Assembly (NCBI GenBank): GCA_963797095.1
Contig: CAWCNY010000003.1
Location: 160,001 to 224,000, forward strand
Length of the DNA: 64,000 nucleotides
Reading direction: 5' to 3'
DNA from: an uncultured Chloroflexia bacterium
GTDB lineage: Bacteria > Chloroflexota > Chloroflexia > QHBQ01 > JADMIH01
Shown: piece by piece, positions 27,577-36,326 of the stretch
How positions within the stretch are numbered: the stretch's first letter is position 1
Layout of the letters: each line of letters opens with the position of its first letter
Notes under the pieces: model-generated
Database searches by the model: none
Told to the model about the DNA's origin: nothing
Seen by the model: only the letters and a program-made list of their open reading frames with translations
Translations under genes and position numbers: made by a program

Positions 27577-28725
27577 ATGGCAACAGCAAAACGCGATTAT
27601 TATGAGGTGCTAGGGCTTAACCGGAGCGCCACCACAGACGATATCAAGAGGGCGTTCAGGCAGAAGGCCCGCCAGTTCCACCCGGACGTGAATAAAGAGG
27701 ACGGGGCCGAAGCTCAGTTCAAGGAGATCAGCGAGGCTTACGAGGTGCTGATCGACGACGACAAACGGGCGGCTTACGACAGGTTCGGGCACGCGGCGGT
27801 GTCGGGTGCCGGCGCGGGAGGGGCCGGGTTCGATCCCTTCCAGGGGTTCGGTTCGTTCTCCGACATCTTCGAGACCTTCTTTACGGCTGCGGCATCGGGG
27901 GGGACAACAGGAACGAGGCCGCGCAGGCCCCAGAGGGGTTCGCACCTGGCCTACCGCCTGACGATAGACTTCGAGGAGGCGATATTCGGCGCTGAGAAGG
28001 AGATCGAGGTGCCGAGGTTGGCGACCTGTCCCAAGTGCCATGGGAGTGGCGCGGAGCCAGGCACTGATACGACGGTGTGCCCTCAGTGCAACGGGCGTGG
28101 AGAGCTCAGGCGCGCCCAGCAGAGCATATTCGGGCAGTTCGTGTCGGTGGTGCCGTGCGATAGATGCGGCGGCGAAGGTAAGATCGTAGCCACACCATGC
28201 ACCGAGTGCAAGGGAGAGGGACGTATCAAAGAGACGCGCAAGCTGGCGGTGAAGATCCCGGCGGGCGTTGACGACGGCGCGCAGATACGGCTATCGGGCG
28301 AAGGAGAGGCGGGGCCACGCGGTGCCGCTCCCGGAGACCTCTATATCGAGATCAATGTGAAGCCGCACAGGCTGTTCAGGCGCGATGGCAACGACCTGCT
28401 GCTCGACCTGAACGTGAATATGGCGCAGGCGGCGCTTGGAGCTGAGATCCAGGTGCCTACTGTGGACGGCGATACGGCCACCGTGAAGGTAGTGGCAGGC
28501 ACGCAGAGCGGCAAGACAGTGCGCGTGAAGGGTTTCGGCGTGCCTTACCTGCGCGGGTCGGGGCGCGGCGATATGATGGTGAAGGTGAACGTGCAGATAC
28601 CGACAAACCTGAACGAAGAGCAAAAGCGCTTGTTGCGAGAGCTAGGCAAAACGTTCGGAGAAGCAACGCCTGAGCCTCAGGAGAAGGGTTTCCTGGGCAA
28701 GATTCGTGACGCATTAGGTGGATAA
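27577..28725 (+). CDS. dnaJ: Chaperone DnaJ
   Basis: DYYEVLG, HPD motif, G/F region, four CxxCxGxG repeats. Confidence 0.99.
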   Translation: MATAKRDYYEVLGLNRSATTDDIKRAFRQKARQFHPDVNKEDGAEAQFKEISEAYEVLIDDDKRAAYDRFGHAAVSGAGAGGAGFDPFQGFGSFSDIFETFFTAAASGGTTGTRPRRPQRGSHLAYRLTIDFEEAIFGAEKEIEVPRLATCPKCHGSGAEPGTDTTVCPQCNGRGELRRAQQSIFGQFVSVVPCDRCGGEGKIVATPCTECKGEGRIKETRKLAVKIPAGVDDGAQIRLSGEGEAGPRGAAPGDLYIEINVKPHRLFRRDGNDLLLDLNVNMAQAALGAEIQVPTVDGDTATVKVVAGTQSGKTVRVKGFGVPYLRGSGRGDMMVKVNVQIPTNLNEEQKRLLRELGKTFGEATPEPQEKGFLGKIRDALGG

Positions 28726-28730
28726 AAAGG

Positions 28731-29111
28731 ATGAGAACATTCATCTTACGTTGGGCTGTGATAGTAATTGCCGTCTTCCTGGTGGCCTGGGGCCTGCCGC
28801 AGACCGGCATCTTCGGCGACACGCAATTCGTGAACTACGGCGATGATTGGGTAACCCTCGCCATCTTTTCGGGAGTGCTGGCGCTACTTAATACGTTCGT
28901 GAAGCCGATCCTGGTCATCCTGTCCATACCGTTTACTTGCCTGACAGCGGGACTGTTCCTGATCGTGATCAACGCGGCACTTTTCGGGCTAGCCGCCTGG
29001 CTGGTCCCAACCGTTTCTGTGTCGGGTTTCTGGGGCGCGGTAGTAGGAGCGATAGCGGTCAGCCTTGTAGGCATCGCGGTAAACGTGCTTACGGGAGAGA
29101 AGTTAGCGTAG
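28731..29111 (+). CDS. YvlD-like 4-TM 'phage holin family' membrane protein
   Basis: LLNTFVKPIL..LSIPF..LT.GLF..VINA, VSGFWGA. Confidence 0.85.
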   Translation: MRTFILRWAVIVIAVFLVAWGLPQTGIFGDTQFVNYGDDWVTLAIFSGVLALLNTFVKPILVILSIPFTCLTAGLFLIVINAALFGLAAWLVPTVSVSGFWGAVVGAIAVSLVGIAVNVLTGEKLA

Positions 29112-29194
29112 CCGGTAGCCGGTAGCCGGTAGCCGGTAGCCGGTAGCCGGTAGTCAGAAACCAGGAACCAGGAACTTTCGACTACCGGCTACCA
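29108..29194. repeat. Composite heptamer/REP element, copy B
   Basis: (GTAGCCG)x6 containing the upstream gene's stop, core CCAGGAACCAGGAACTTTC, then GACTACCGGCTACC. Confidence 0.88.
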
Positions 29195-29207
29195 GGAACA
29201 AACAACT

Positions 29208-29429
29208 ATGGATAACACCATTGAGCCTATAAAGGTGGACTCGATCCCAGAGGAATACGACTACATCGCGTCGCTGCCGTGTGACAGGTGCGGAGGGCGG
29301 TACCGGGCTATCAAGCAGGCTCTGCTGATAAAGGGGGAGTCTGCTTCGGATGCTATTGATATCGTTTGCCAGACCTGCGGGCAGGAAAAGCAAGTCCTGT
29401 TCGACATTTCCTCTTTCTACTGGAAGTAG
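29208..29429 (+). CDS. Small Zn-ribbon protein (73 aa)
   Basis: SIPEEYDYI, CDRCGG, CQTCG, FDISSFY; RBS AGGA upstream. Confidence 0.75.
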   Translation: MDNTIEPIKVDSIPEEYDYIASLPCDRCGGRYRAIKQALLIKGESASDAIDIVCQTCGQEKQVLFDISSFYWK

Positions 29430-29436
29430 ACGGGAT

Positions 29437-30006
29437 ATGTCTAGCCCCTTTGACCGTGACCGGCAAGATCCCCACGCGCTGATCCCTTTCGATGAGGCGC
29501 TGCTTGATATGGCGGCGGAGATGGGGCGCAAGTCGGAGCGGCACAGGCACATAATCCGGTTGCATGAGCTGAACGAGCCGTTCCAGAGGATGCTCAACGC
29601 CATCGAGCCGGAGAGCTATGCACGTCCTCATCGCCACCTTGACCCAGACAAGCCTGAGGTATTCATCGCTCTCAGGGGCAGCGCCCTTATAGTGCGGTTC
29701 GGTGATGCCGGCGAGCCTCTTGAGGGGGTTGTAGTGGAGGCCGGCGGGCCGGTTCGTGGGATAGAGATCCCGCCGGGGGCATGGCATTGCCTGGTGTCGC
29801 TGGAAAGCGGTACGGTGTTGTTCGAGGCGAAAGAGGGTCCCTATGTACAGGCCACCGACAAAGATTTCGCAGCCTGGGCACCACCTGAGAGCGACTCTGA
29901 GGGGGGCCAGCACTTTATCGCAAACTTGCGCGACCACTTCGCATCGATATTTCCACAGGTCGCCGCTCGTGAGATCATCGAAGCGGAAGAGGACGAGATA
30001 TTGTGA
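29437..30006 (+). CDS. WbuC-family cupin-fold metalloprotein
   Basis: FQRMLNAIEPESYARPHRH...KPE, EIPPGAWH, FEAKEGPY, KDFAAWAP. Confidence 0.88.
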   Translation: MSSPFDRDRQDPHALIPFDEALLDMAAEMGRKSERHRHIIRLHELNEPFQRMLNAIEPESYARPHRHLDPDKPEVFIALRGSALIVRFGDAGEPLEGVVVEAGGPVRGIEIPPGAWHCLVSLESGTVLFEAKEGPYVQATDKDFAAWAPPESDSEGGQHFIANLRDHFASIFPQVAAREIIEAEEDEIL

Positions 30007-30066
30007 TGGCTGTACGGTGGTGGCTGTGTAGTAGCGGGCGATCTGTTACAAACTTCGAGGTATCGC

Positions 30067-30594
30067 ATGAAAGAGCCAAATTGGTTTGAGAGGATTTTCG
30101 ATTTCAGCTTCCCGGGGGAGTATTTCCCTTATGTGGTGGAGCGGGTGCGGGGCACTCCTGCCCGTTTGGAGGAGCTGGTGGCGGGGATCGACCCTGCTGT
30201 CCTGACCGTCAGACCCGACGGTGAAGAGTGGTCCATACAGGAGCATGCAGGCCACCTGCTCGACCTGGAAGAACTGCACGTGGGGAGGCTGGACGACTTC
30301 GCAGCCGAATCTGACACTTTACGCGCCGCCGATGTGACCAACCGCAAGACCTACGAGGCGAACCACAACGCAGGCTCAATAAAGGACATATTGCAGGCGT
30401 TCAGGGCCACCCGCAAAGAGTTCGTAGCCAGGATCGAGGAGCTAGACGAAGCAGCCGTACAGAAGTCGGCGCTCCACCCCAGATTGAATGTGCCGATGCG
30501 CATGGCGGACCTCGTCTATTTCACGGCGGAGCACGATGATCACCACCTGGCAAGCATCACGATCGTGGCACGCGAATTGAAGGGAAGGAAATAG
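30067..30594 (+). CDS. DinB-family protein
   Basis: WSIQEHAGHLLDLE, ALHPRL, FTAEHDDHHLA. Confidence 0.88.
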   Translation: MKEPNWFERIFDFSFPGEYFPYVVERVRGTPARLEELVAGIDPAVLTVRPDGEEWSIQEHAGHLLDLEELHVGRLDDFAAESDTLRAADVTNRKTYEANHNAGSIKDILQAFRATRKEFVARIEELDEAAVQKSALHPRLNVPMRMADLVYFTAEHDDHHLASITIVARELKGRK

Positions 30595-30599
30595 CTCGG

Positions 30600-31394
30600 C
30601 TATTGGCCGAATATCAGCAGCGAGCGATTCCGATCAAGAGCATCGATATCGCGTCTATAGAGGGCAAGATGGCCCTCATCGATCATCCTCTGGAAGGCGG
30701 TGTCACCCCCATTGGCCCGGTCTTCCATGAGCGCGCAGTGATATTCCAGCCTGGACAGGACGGTGTCAATCAGAGCCGCGCGGTCGTGCTTATCCAGGCC
30801 GTAGCCGTCGCCCAAGACGCGCAGGCGCATACTACGCACCGCAGGCTCGGCAAGGCGCGGGCGGTTTGCCACGATGTCAGGCTCCCAAGAGAGCGGAATG
30901 AAGCGGTAGGCGGCGTAAGCCACGTCCCAGATGCGCGGGCCAGGCCCGGCAAAATCCCAATCAATGAGCGCCTTCGGCTTTTCCCTGCGGAAAACGACAT
31001 TATAGGGCGCGAAGTCGTTGTGGCAAATTACCTCGTGGCGCTTGGGATCGGGATAGACAGACTGCCAGACGGCATCCGGCGGTGGAACATAATCTATAGT
31101 GGTGTCGTGGAAGCGGCGCAAGAAGCGCGCTGCTCCTACCAGGGTTGGGCCTGACCACATGTAGTCGGCAAGCGGGTAGTGACCTACCTCACCATCAATA
31201 TAGGCGAGGACCTCGCGGCCTTGCTCGTCAAAGCCGAGCGGACGGGGCACACCGAGGAAGCGATGGGAGCGAAGATAGCGCAAGAGGTGATGGATCGTTG
31301 GGGTCCACGGACCTGGCATGCGGCGCACGGTATCGCCCACGCGAACCACGGTGGAGACATTGCCCCCTGAGAGCGGGATCTCCTGATCTGACAT
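30600..31394 (-). CDS. Aminoglycoside/choline phosphotransferase-like (APH family) kinase
   Basis: LSGGN...VVRVGDTVRR, ICHNDFAPYNVV, LIDWDFAGPG. Confidence 0.88.
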   Translation of the reverse strand: MSDQEIPLSGGNVSTVVRVGDTVRRMPGPWTPTIHHLLRYLRSHRFLGVPRPLGFDEQGREVLAYIDGEVGHYPLADYMWSGPTLVGAARFLRRFHDTTIDYVPPPDAVWQSVYPDPKRHEVICHNDFAPYNVVFRREKPKALIDWDFAGPGPRIWDVAYAAYRFIPLSWEPDIVANRPRLAEPAVRSMRLRVLGDGYGLDKHDRAALIDTVLSRLEYHCALMEDRANGGDTAFQRMIDEGHLALYRRDIDALDRNRSLLIFGQ

Positions 31395-31395
31395 G

Positions 31396-32361
31396 CTAAT
31401 CTTCGTCGCCGACGATGGTGCTGTAAATTCGGCCCAATTCCTCGTCGGAGTAGAAGTAGATCACGAGCTTGCCGCCGCGACTGCTCTTCGATAGCTGGAC
31501 CCTCGTGCCAAGCGCGTTGCGAAAACGGTCTTCGAGGACGCGCTGCTCACTGTAGAGATCCTCAGCAGGTTGAGGGGCGCTATCTTTCCCATCATCGGGT
31601 TTGGCCTCGGCCAGACGACGGGCCAGGGCTTCCACCTGCCGCACATTGAGGCCGTCGGCAACGGTGCGCTCAAGAAGGCGAAGCATACGACCTTCATCGG
31701 ACACCTGCAAGAGAGCGCGGGCATGGCCCTCCTCAATCAGGCCAAGTGAGAGCGATTCCAGCACCTGGGGAGGCAGCTTCAGGAGGCGGAGCGAGTTGGT
31801 GACTGCCGTGCGGCTCTTGCCGACCGCGTCGGCCACCTCCTCCTGGGTGAGGCCGAAATCGTCAATGAGAGAGCGGTAGGCGAACGCCGCTTCCAGGGGG
31901 TTGAGGTCGGCACGCTGGAGGTTTTCGACGAGTGCGAGTTGAAGTTGCTCGCCGGAGGTGGCTTCTTTGACCACCACAGGCACGGTTTCAAGCTCGGCCA
32001 TCCTGGCCGCACGCCAGCGCCGCTCGCCCGCGATCAGGCCGTATTTGCCCCCACCCAGGCTGGTAACCACCAACGGCTGGATAACACCGTGCTCTCGGAT
32101 GGAGGCGGCAAGCTCCTCAAGCTTTTCGGGGTGGATGGCCTGTCGGGGCTGGCGCGGGTTGGGTGTGATCGCCTCGACTGGCACTTGCAATAGGCCGTTT
32201 CCAAATGGCGCTGGGGGCAGGGCAACATCAACAGGTTGCACAGGTGTAGCCGCACCGGCACGGTCTTCGGCTGTGGTCTGCTGCCCCGCGTCTTCAGCGA
32301 CGGAGGGGGGAATGAGCGCGCCGAGGCCGCGCCCCAGGCCGCCACGCTTCTTGCCCGTCAT
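31396..32361 (-). CDS. parB: Chromosome partitioning protein ParB
   Basis: GLGRGLGALI, PNPRQPR, LIAGERRWRA, ENLQRADLNPLE, HTH. Confidence 0.97.
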   Translation of the reverse strand: MTGKKRGGLGRGLGALIPPSVAEDAGQQTTAEDRAGAATPVQPVDVALPPAPFGNGLLQVPVEAITPNPRQPRQAIHPEKLEELAASIREHGVIQPLVVTSLGGGKYGLIAGERRWRAARMAELETVPVVVKEATSGEQLQLALVENLQRADLNPLEAAFAYRSLIDDFGLTQEEVADAVGKSRTAVTNSLRLLKLPPQVLESLSLGLIEEGHARALLQVSDEGRMLRLLERTVADGLNVRQVEALARRLAEAKPDDGKDSAPQPAEDLYSEQRVLEDRFRNALGTRVQLSKSSRGGKLVIYFYSDEELGRIYSTIVGDED

Positions 32362-33245
32362 GACGCGGCGCTCCTTTCGGCGCTAGAGCCTGGCGCGGGA
32401 AGCGAATCTGAGGAGCGGGCCGCCACCTCGGAGGCGAGGGCAGCGTAGGCCAGCGCACCCCGCGAATTGGGATCATATTCGAGGATGGAGAGGCCGTAGC
32501 TGGGGGCCTCGCTGAGGCGCACGCTTCGAGGCACAAGCGTAGCAAACATCTCGCGCGGAAAGTGCGATTTGACCTCCTGCACCACCTGGGCAGAGAGATT
32601 GGTGCGGCTATCGTACATGGTCATGGCTATTCCCAGGATGCGCAAGCCTCGGTTCAACCCTTTCAGGACAAGAGAAATGGTGTTTGTCAGTTGCAAAAGC
32701 CCCTCCAGGGCCAGGTATTCGCATTGCAAAGGTATTATGACGGCGTCGGCGGCGGTGAGCGCGTTGAGCGTCAGCAAGCCGAGCGATGGCGGGCAATCGA
32801 CCAGGATGTAGTCGTACTGAGCCGTAAGCGGCTGCAATAGTGTGCGAAGGCGATACTCACGCTCTCCCTGTTCCTCGCCCGCAAGCTCAACTTCGGCTCC
32901 TGCAAGTTCCACAGAAGAAGGTAGAAGGTCGAGCCTGCCGCCGAACACCGGGCGGTCTATTGGCGTGACCGCTTCCGAGACATCGGCGCCATCCAGCAGA
33001 ATGTCGTAGAGAGCAGGCTCCTCGCGGTGTTTGTCAACCCCCAGGCTGGAGGTGGCGTTGGCCTGCGAGTCGGCATCGACCAGCAGCACGCGCTTGCCTC
33101 CGGCGGCGAGGTAGGCGGCCAGATTGACGGTGGTGGTGGTCTTGCCGACGCCCCCTTTCTGGTTGGCGAAGGAATAGATATGCCCCCTGCGCAAAGGGCG
33201 GCCTACGATAGGTTCGACACTTTTGCCGGAGAGGTTTTCGTCCAC
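32358..33245 (-). CDS. parA: Chromosome partitioning ATPase ParA/Soj
   Basis: NQKGGVGKTTT, DCPPSLG, QCEYLALEG, VRLSEAPSYG. Confidence 0.97.
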   Translation of the reverse strand: MDENLSGKSVEPIVGRPLRRGHIYSFANQKGGVGKTTTTVNLAAYLAAGGKRVLLVDADSQANATSSLGVDKHREEPALYDILLDGADVSEAVTPIDRPVFGGRLDLLPSSVELAGAEVELAGEEQGEREYRLRTLLQPLTAQYDYILVDCPPSLGLLTLNALTAADAVIIPLQCEYLALEGLLQLTNTISLVLKGLNRGLRILGIAMTMYDSRTNLSAQVVQEVKSHFPREMFATLVPRSVRLSEAPSYGLSILEYDPNSRGALAYAALASEVAARSSDSLPAPGSSAERSAAS

Positions 33246-33253
33246 TGAGGGTT

Positions 33254-33282
33254 ATTCTACCCAATTCGGGGCGGGGGAACAA
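33254..33282 (-). promoter_or_regulatory. Putative parA promoter (near-leaderless)
   Basis: Minus-strand TTGTTC, 17-bp spacer, TAGAAT ending 8 nt before the GTG start. Confidence 0.5.
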
Positions 33283-33296
33283 TCGGGCGTGAGGAC

Positions 33297-34763
33297 GTAA
33301 GTGTTCAGAGTGGAGGTGGAGCAATTTCCACTATATGCTATGGGCATGACTGTTGAAGAAGAAGTTGCCCAGCTGAGGGAAGAGAATAGGCAGCTACGTG
33401 AACAGCTTGAGCAAGCATTGGCTGTGATTGCTCAACTACGTGCAGAACTGGACAAGTACAGAGAGAACAAGAGCAAACCACCTTCCTTCGTCAAGCCCAA
33501 CAGTGCCAAACCCAAAGACAAAGCCCAAAAGCAGCCCCGCCGCAAACGAGCCAAAGACCAAAACGGTGCTCGTCGTCGGGAGCAAAACCCCCCCCAAACG
33601 ATACAGCATACAGTGCAGCAGTGTCCCACCTGCGCCTACCCTCTGCAACACCCCCAAATCGCCCAGCGCCGTCAGGTGATAGAACTGCCTCCTCCCCTTC
33701 CTGTAGAAGTTACCGAGCACCAGTTGTACAAGAGTTGGTGCCCTCGTTGTGAGAAGTGGCATCAGGGGCACGTTGACCTGAGCACACAGGTAATCGGACA
33801 AAGCAGAATGGGAGTACGCATTGCCTCCCTCATAGCTTACCTACGTACCACATTGAGAATGCCGGTCCGCCTCATCAGGGAGTACCTGTTGAGCCTGCAC
33901 AATCTGACCATCTCCACTGGAGAGATAGTGGAGTTGCTGCATCGAGTGGCAGTGGCTGAAAAGGTGCAAGCGGCTACCGAGTCAATCAAGGAACGGGTGA
34001 GAAAGAGTGCTATCGTGCATGGCGATGAAACAGGGTGGCGAGAAGGGGGACACAACGGCTACATCTGGTGCTTTTGTACACCCGATGGTGAGCGATACTA
34101 CGAGTATGACCACTCACGAGCAGGGGCTGTAGTCAAACGGATACTCGGCTCAGAGTTCAAAGGCACCCTTGTGACCGACTTCTATGTAGCGTACAACGAC
34201 TTGCCATGTGAGCACCAACGCTGCTGGGTGCATCTGCTGAGAGACTTGCATAAGCTGAAAGAAGAGCACAAAGAGGGTCCGGATAACGAGGCAGTGCTGG
34301 GTTGGGCTGCTCAGTTACGCAAGCTGTACGACCAGGCTCAAAACGCCTTGAAAGGTAAGGGTCGTTGGGGACGATGGCCTCCCACCCAGCAACAACGAGA
34401 AGTGCTCTACATAGAACTGGTTGAAGGTGTGGCACAACTGGCAGGGCGGTACTCAAATGCCAAAGAACATGGTGCTCACCCATGCCACACATTGTCCAAA
34501 CGATTGATGCTGCACCAGGACAGCCTGTTTCAGTTCGTGCTACAAGAGGGCTTGTCGGCTGACAACAACCTGGCCGAGCGCTCGGTACGTCCTGTGGTGG
34601 TGATGCGTAAGGTATCAGGCGGCTCTCAATCCGAGCGCGGCTCACGCACTCGCATGACGTTGGCCTCCTTGTTTGGCACCTGGCGTGCTAAGGGTCTCAA
34701 TCCCTTCTCAGAATGTATGCTCCTCTTGGTTCAACCCTCTACACCATTAGTCTGAACACTTAC
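33297..34763 (+). mobile_element. IS66-family insertion sequence (single-ORF type), complete
   Basis: 13-bp terminal inverted repeats GTAAGTGTTCAGA / TCTGAACACTTAC. Perfect 8-bp target duplication GTGAGGAC at 33289-33296 and 34764-34771. Confidence 0.96.
33340..34755 (+). CDS. tnpC: IS66 transposase
   Basis: N-terminal coiled coil, SKPPS, CPTC/CPRC, VHGDETGW, LVTDFY, QRCWVHLLRD, DNNLAERSVRP. Confidence 0.95.
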   Translation: MGMTVEEEVAQLREENRQLREQLEQALAVIAQLRAELDKYRENKSKPPSFVKPNSAKPKDKAQKQPRRKRAKDQNGARRREQNPPQTIQHTVQQCPTCAYPLQHPQIAQRRQVIELPPPLPVEVTEHQLYKSWCPRCEKWHQGHVDLSTQVIGQSRMGVRIASLIAYLRTTLRMPVRLIREYLLSLHNLTISTGEIVELLHRVAVAEKVQAATESIKERVRKSAIVHGDETGWREGGHNGYIWCFCTPDGERYYEYDHSRAGAVVKRILGSEFKGTLVTDFYVAYNDLPCEHQRCWVHLLRDLHKLKEEHKEGPDNEAVLGWAAQLRKLYDQAQNALKGKGRWGRWPPTQQQREVLYIELVEGVAQLAGRYSNAKEHGAHPCHTLSKRLMLHQDSLFQFVLQEGLSADNNLAERSVRPVVVMRKVSGGSQSERGSRTRMTLASLFGTWRAKGLNPFSECMLLLVQPSTPLV

Positions 34764-34771
34764 GTGAGGAC

Positions 34772-34813
34772 GAGTGGCGAGTGGCGAGTGGCGAGTGGCG
34801 AGTGGCGAGTGGC
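34772..34813. repeat. Heptamer tandem repeat (GAGTGGC)x6 abutting the IS target site
   Basis: Read directly from the sequence. Confidence 0.95.
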
Positions 34814-36162
34814 TACTTTACTGATAGAACCAAGATGGAGTTGGAATATAGGAGCAGCCTGGTGCCATCTGGGGACCAACGTGGGAGGCTGCAGAGGCCG
34901 GGATTGCCCGGTGGGAAGGTCAGGTCGTCGAAGGCTGCGTATTTCATGGAGGGGATGTCAACGATTGTGAGGTTAGTTGTATACGGTGCGCATCCCTCCG
35001 GTTCGCAGCCACCACCCCGGTAGCTGAAGGCCAATCGATGGCTGTCGGGGCTCCATTGTGGGTTGCTCAGGTACAACGGCAGGATCAGCCATTCCTTCAG
35101 ATTAGCACTTACCAGGGCGAAACCAACCCTGTTGCTCAGCAGTAACCAATTGCCATCGGGCGACCAACTCATGAACCTGTTGAGTGCACCGGCCTCAGGC
35201 TGCTTGGTGACTTGGAAGCGCTTACCTGTGGTCAGGTTGAGGAGATAAGTAGTCTCAGGATCTGAGCCGTAATGCGGTGTCATCATCGAATCTTGCTCGG
35301 TGCTATATGCCAACCAATCGGTGCCTGGCTGGGCAGCAGCGCTCTCCATATAAGGGATGTTGCGGTTATCAAGCACGCGACCGTCCGACGAAAGAGTGAC
35401 CAGGCGCTCACCGCCTATGTATCGCTCGTATCCGGCATCGGTGAACTGGATGGAAGTAGCACGGTCAGCATCCCACCAGCTAATGCGCCAGACGAGCGGA
35501 AGCTCCGGCTGCTCTACAAACTTCGGCGGGCGCCCTGGCTGAGTGAACGTGAGGCGGTCGAGATAGCCCGGCAACCGCGTGATACCCCTGTCTTTACCAA
35601 TGTGCTGCACATAGAGGGTATTGCCAGGTTGAGGCAACTGGTTATCAAAGAGGCCATCAGCCATTTCTGCGTACTGATGTAATAAAGCTTTATCAGTGCC
35701 GTCAAGTGTCGACCAGTATAGATTGCCCGATGTGGTGGCATAGAGAAGCGATGTGCCATCAGGTGCCCATGCCATTGAGGTAACAGGCTCAACAGGCACC
35801 AGGGTTTGCTGGACCTCAAAGTGAATGTGGAGGCCATCTTCCATGGTGAGGATAGTGGCCGGAGTGATCAGCGTGGCCGGTTGAAGGCTGGCGGGTGTGG
35901 GTGTGAAAGTTGGCTCAGGAATGGTAGGGGTCGATGGGGTGGGAGCGAAAGTTGGATAGACACTTGTGCCAACGGGAGCGGGCATAAGCCTGCGCGCAAG
36001 GGTCGGCTCAGGCGGCTGGAACCTTGCTACAAGCGTGGGGGTAGGCACTATTGGCCAGGATCGCCCCGAAGATGCTTCATCACCCCGCGATGAGCATCCC
36101 GCTACAATAGCCACAAGCAAGGTCAGAAATAGCAAGCCTATGGAGAGGCGCAATGCAATCAT
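34813..36162 (-). CDS. Lipoprotein with Pro/Thr linker and TolB/PD40-like beta-propeller
   Basis: Lipobox VAGC; repeated WAPDG / WSPDG / WSPDS motifs. Confidence 0.78.
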   Translation of the reverse strand: MIALRLSIGLLFLTLLVAIVAGCSSRGDEASSGRSWPIVPTPTLVARFQPPEPTLARRLMPAPVGTSVYPTFAPTPSTPTIPEPTFTPTPASLQPATLITPATILTMEDGLHIHFEVQQTLVPVEPVTSMAWAPDGTSLLYATTSGNLYWSTLDGTDKALLHQYAEMADGLFDNQLPQPGNTLYVQHIGKDRGITRLPGYLDRLTFTQPGRPPKFVEQPELPLVWRISWWDADRATSIQFTDAGYERYIGGERLVTLSSDGRVLDNRNIPYMESAAAQPGTDWLAYSTEQDSMMTPHYGSDPETTYLLNLTTGKRFQVTKQPEAGALNRFMSWSPDGNWLLLSNRVGFALVSANLKEWLILPLYLSNPQWSPDSHRLAFSYRGGGCEPEGCAPYTTNLTIVDIPSMKYAAFDDLTFPPGNPGLCSLPRWSPDGTRLLLYSNSILVLSVK

Positions 36163-36326
36163 TATTGATCTCCTACCAAGTGAGCGGTCTTCAATATCAT
36201 AATATTACAATGTGTTAAGGATAAAAAGGTTTTATATAAATACTCCTAAATAGCGGCCATTGCTCGGTTATAATGAGGCGGCTTCGCAATCATCCTTCAG
36301 TTTCCTCTCTCGAGGGTACGACCCTA

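Noticed and set aside
28731-29111. Holin (with radC and Uma2) as evidence of a prophage
   Set aside because: YvlD-like proteins, full-length RadC and Uma2 are common chromosomal genes. No phage structural, terminase or intact integrase genes.
30600-31394. Bona fide aminoglycoside resistance gene
   Set aside because: Only the general APH/choline-kinase fold motifs are visible. No basis for assigning an antibiotic substrate.
31396-34813. parS site near parAB
   Set aside because: I did not find the TGTTTCACGTGAAACA palindrome or a close variant.
36163-36272. AT-rich stretch near parAB as possible oriC
   Set aside because: No DnaA-box cluster (TTATCCACA) or dnaA/dnaN seen. Better explained as divergent promoters.
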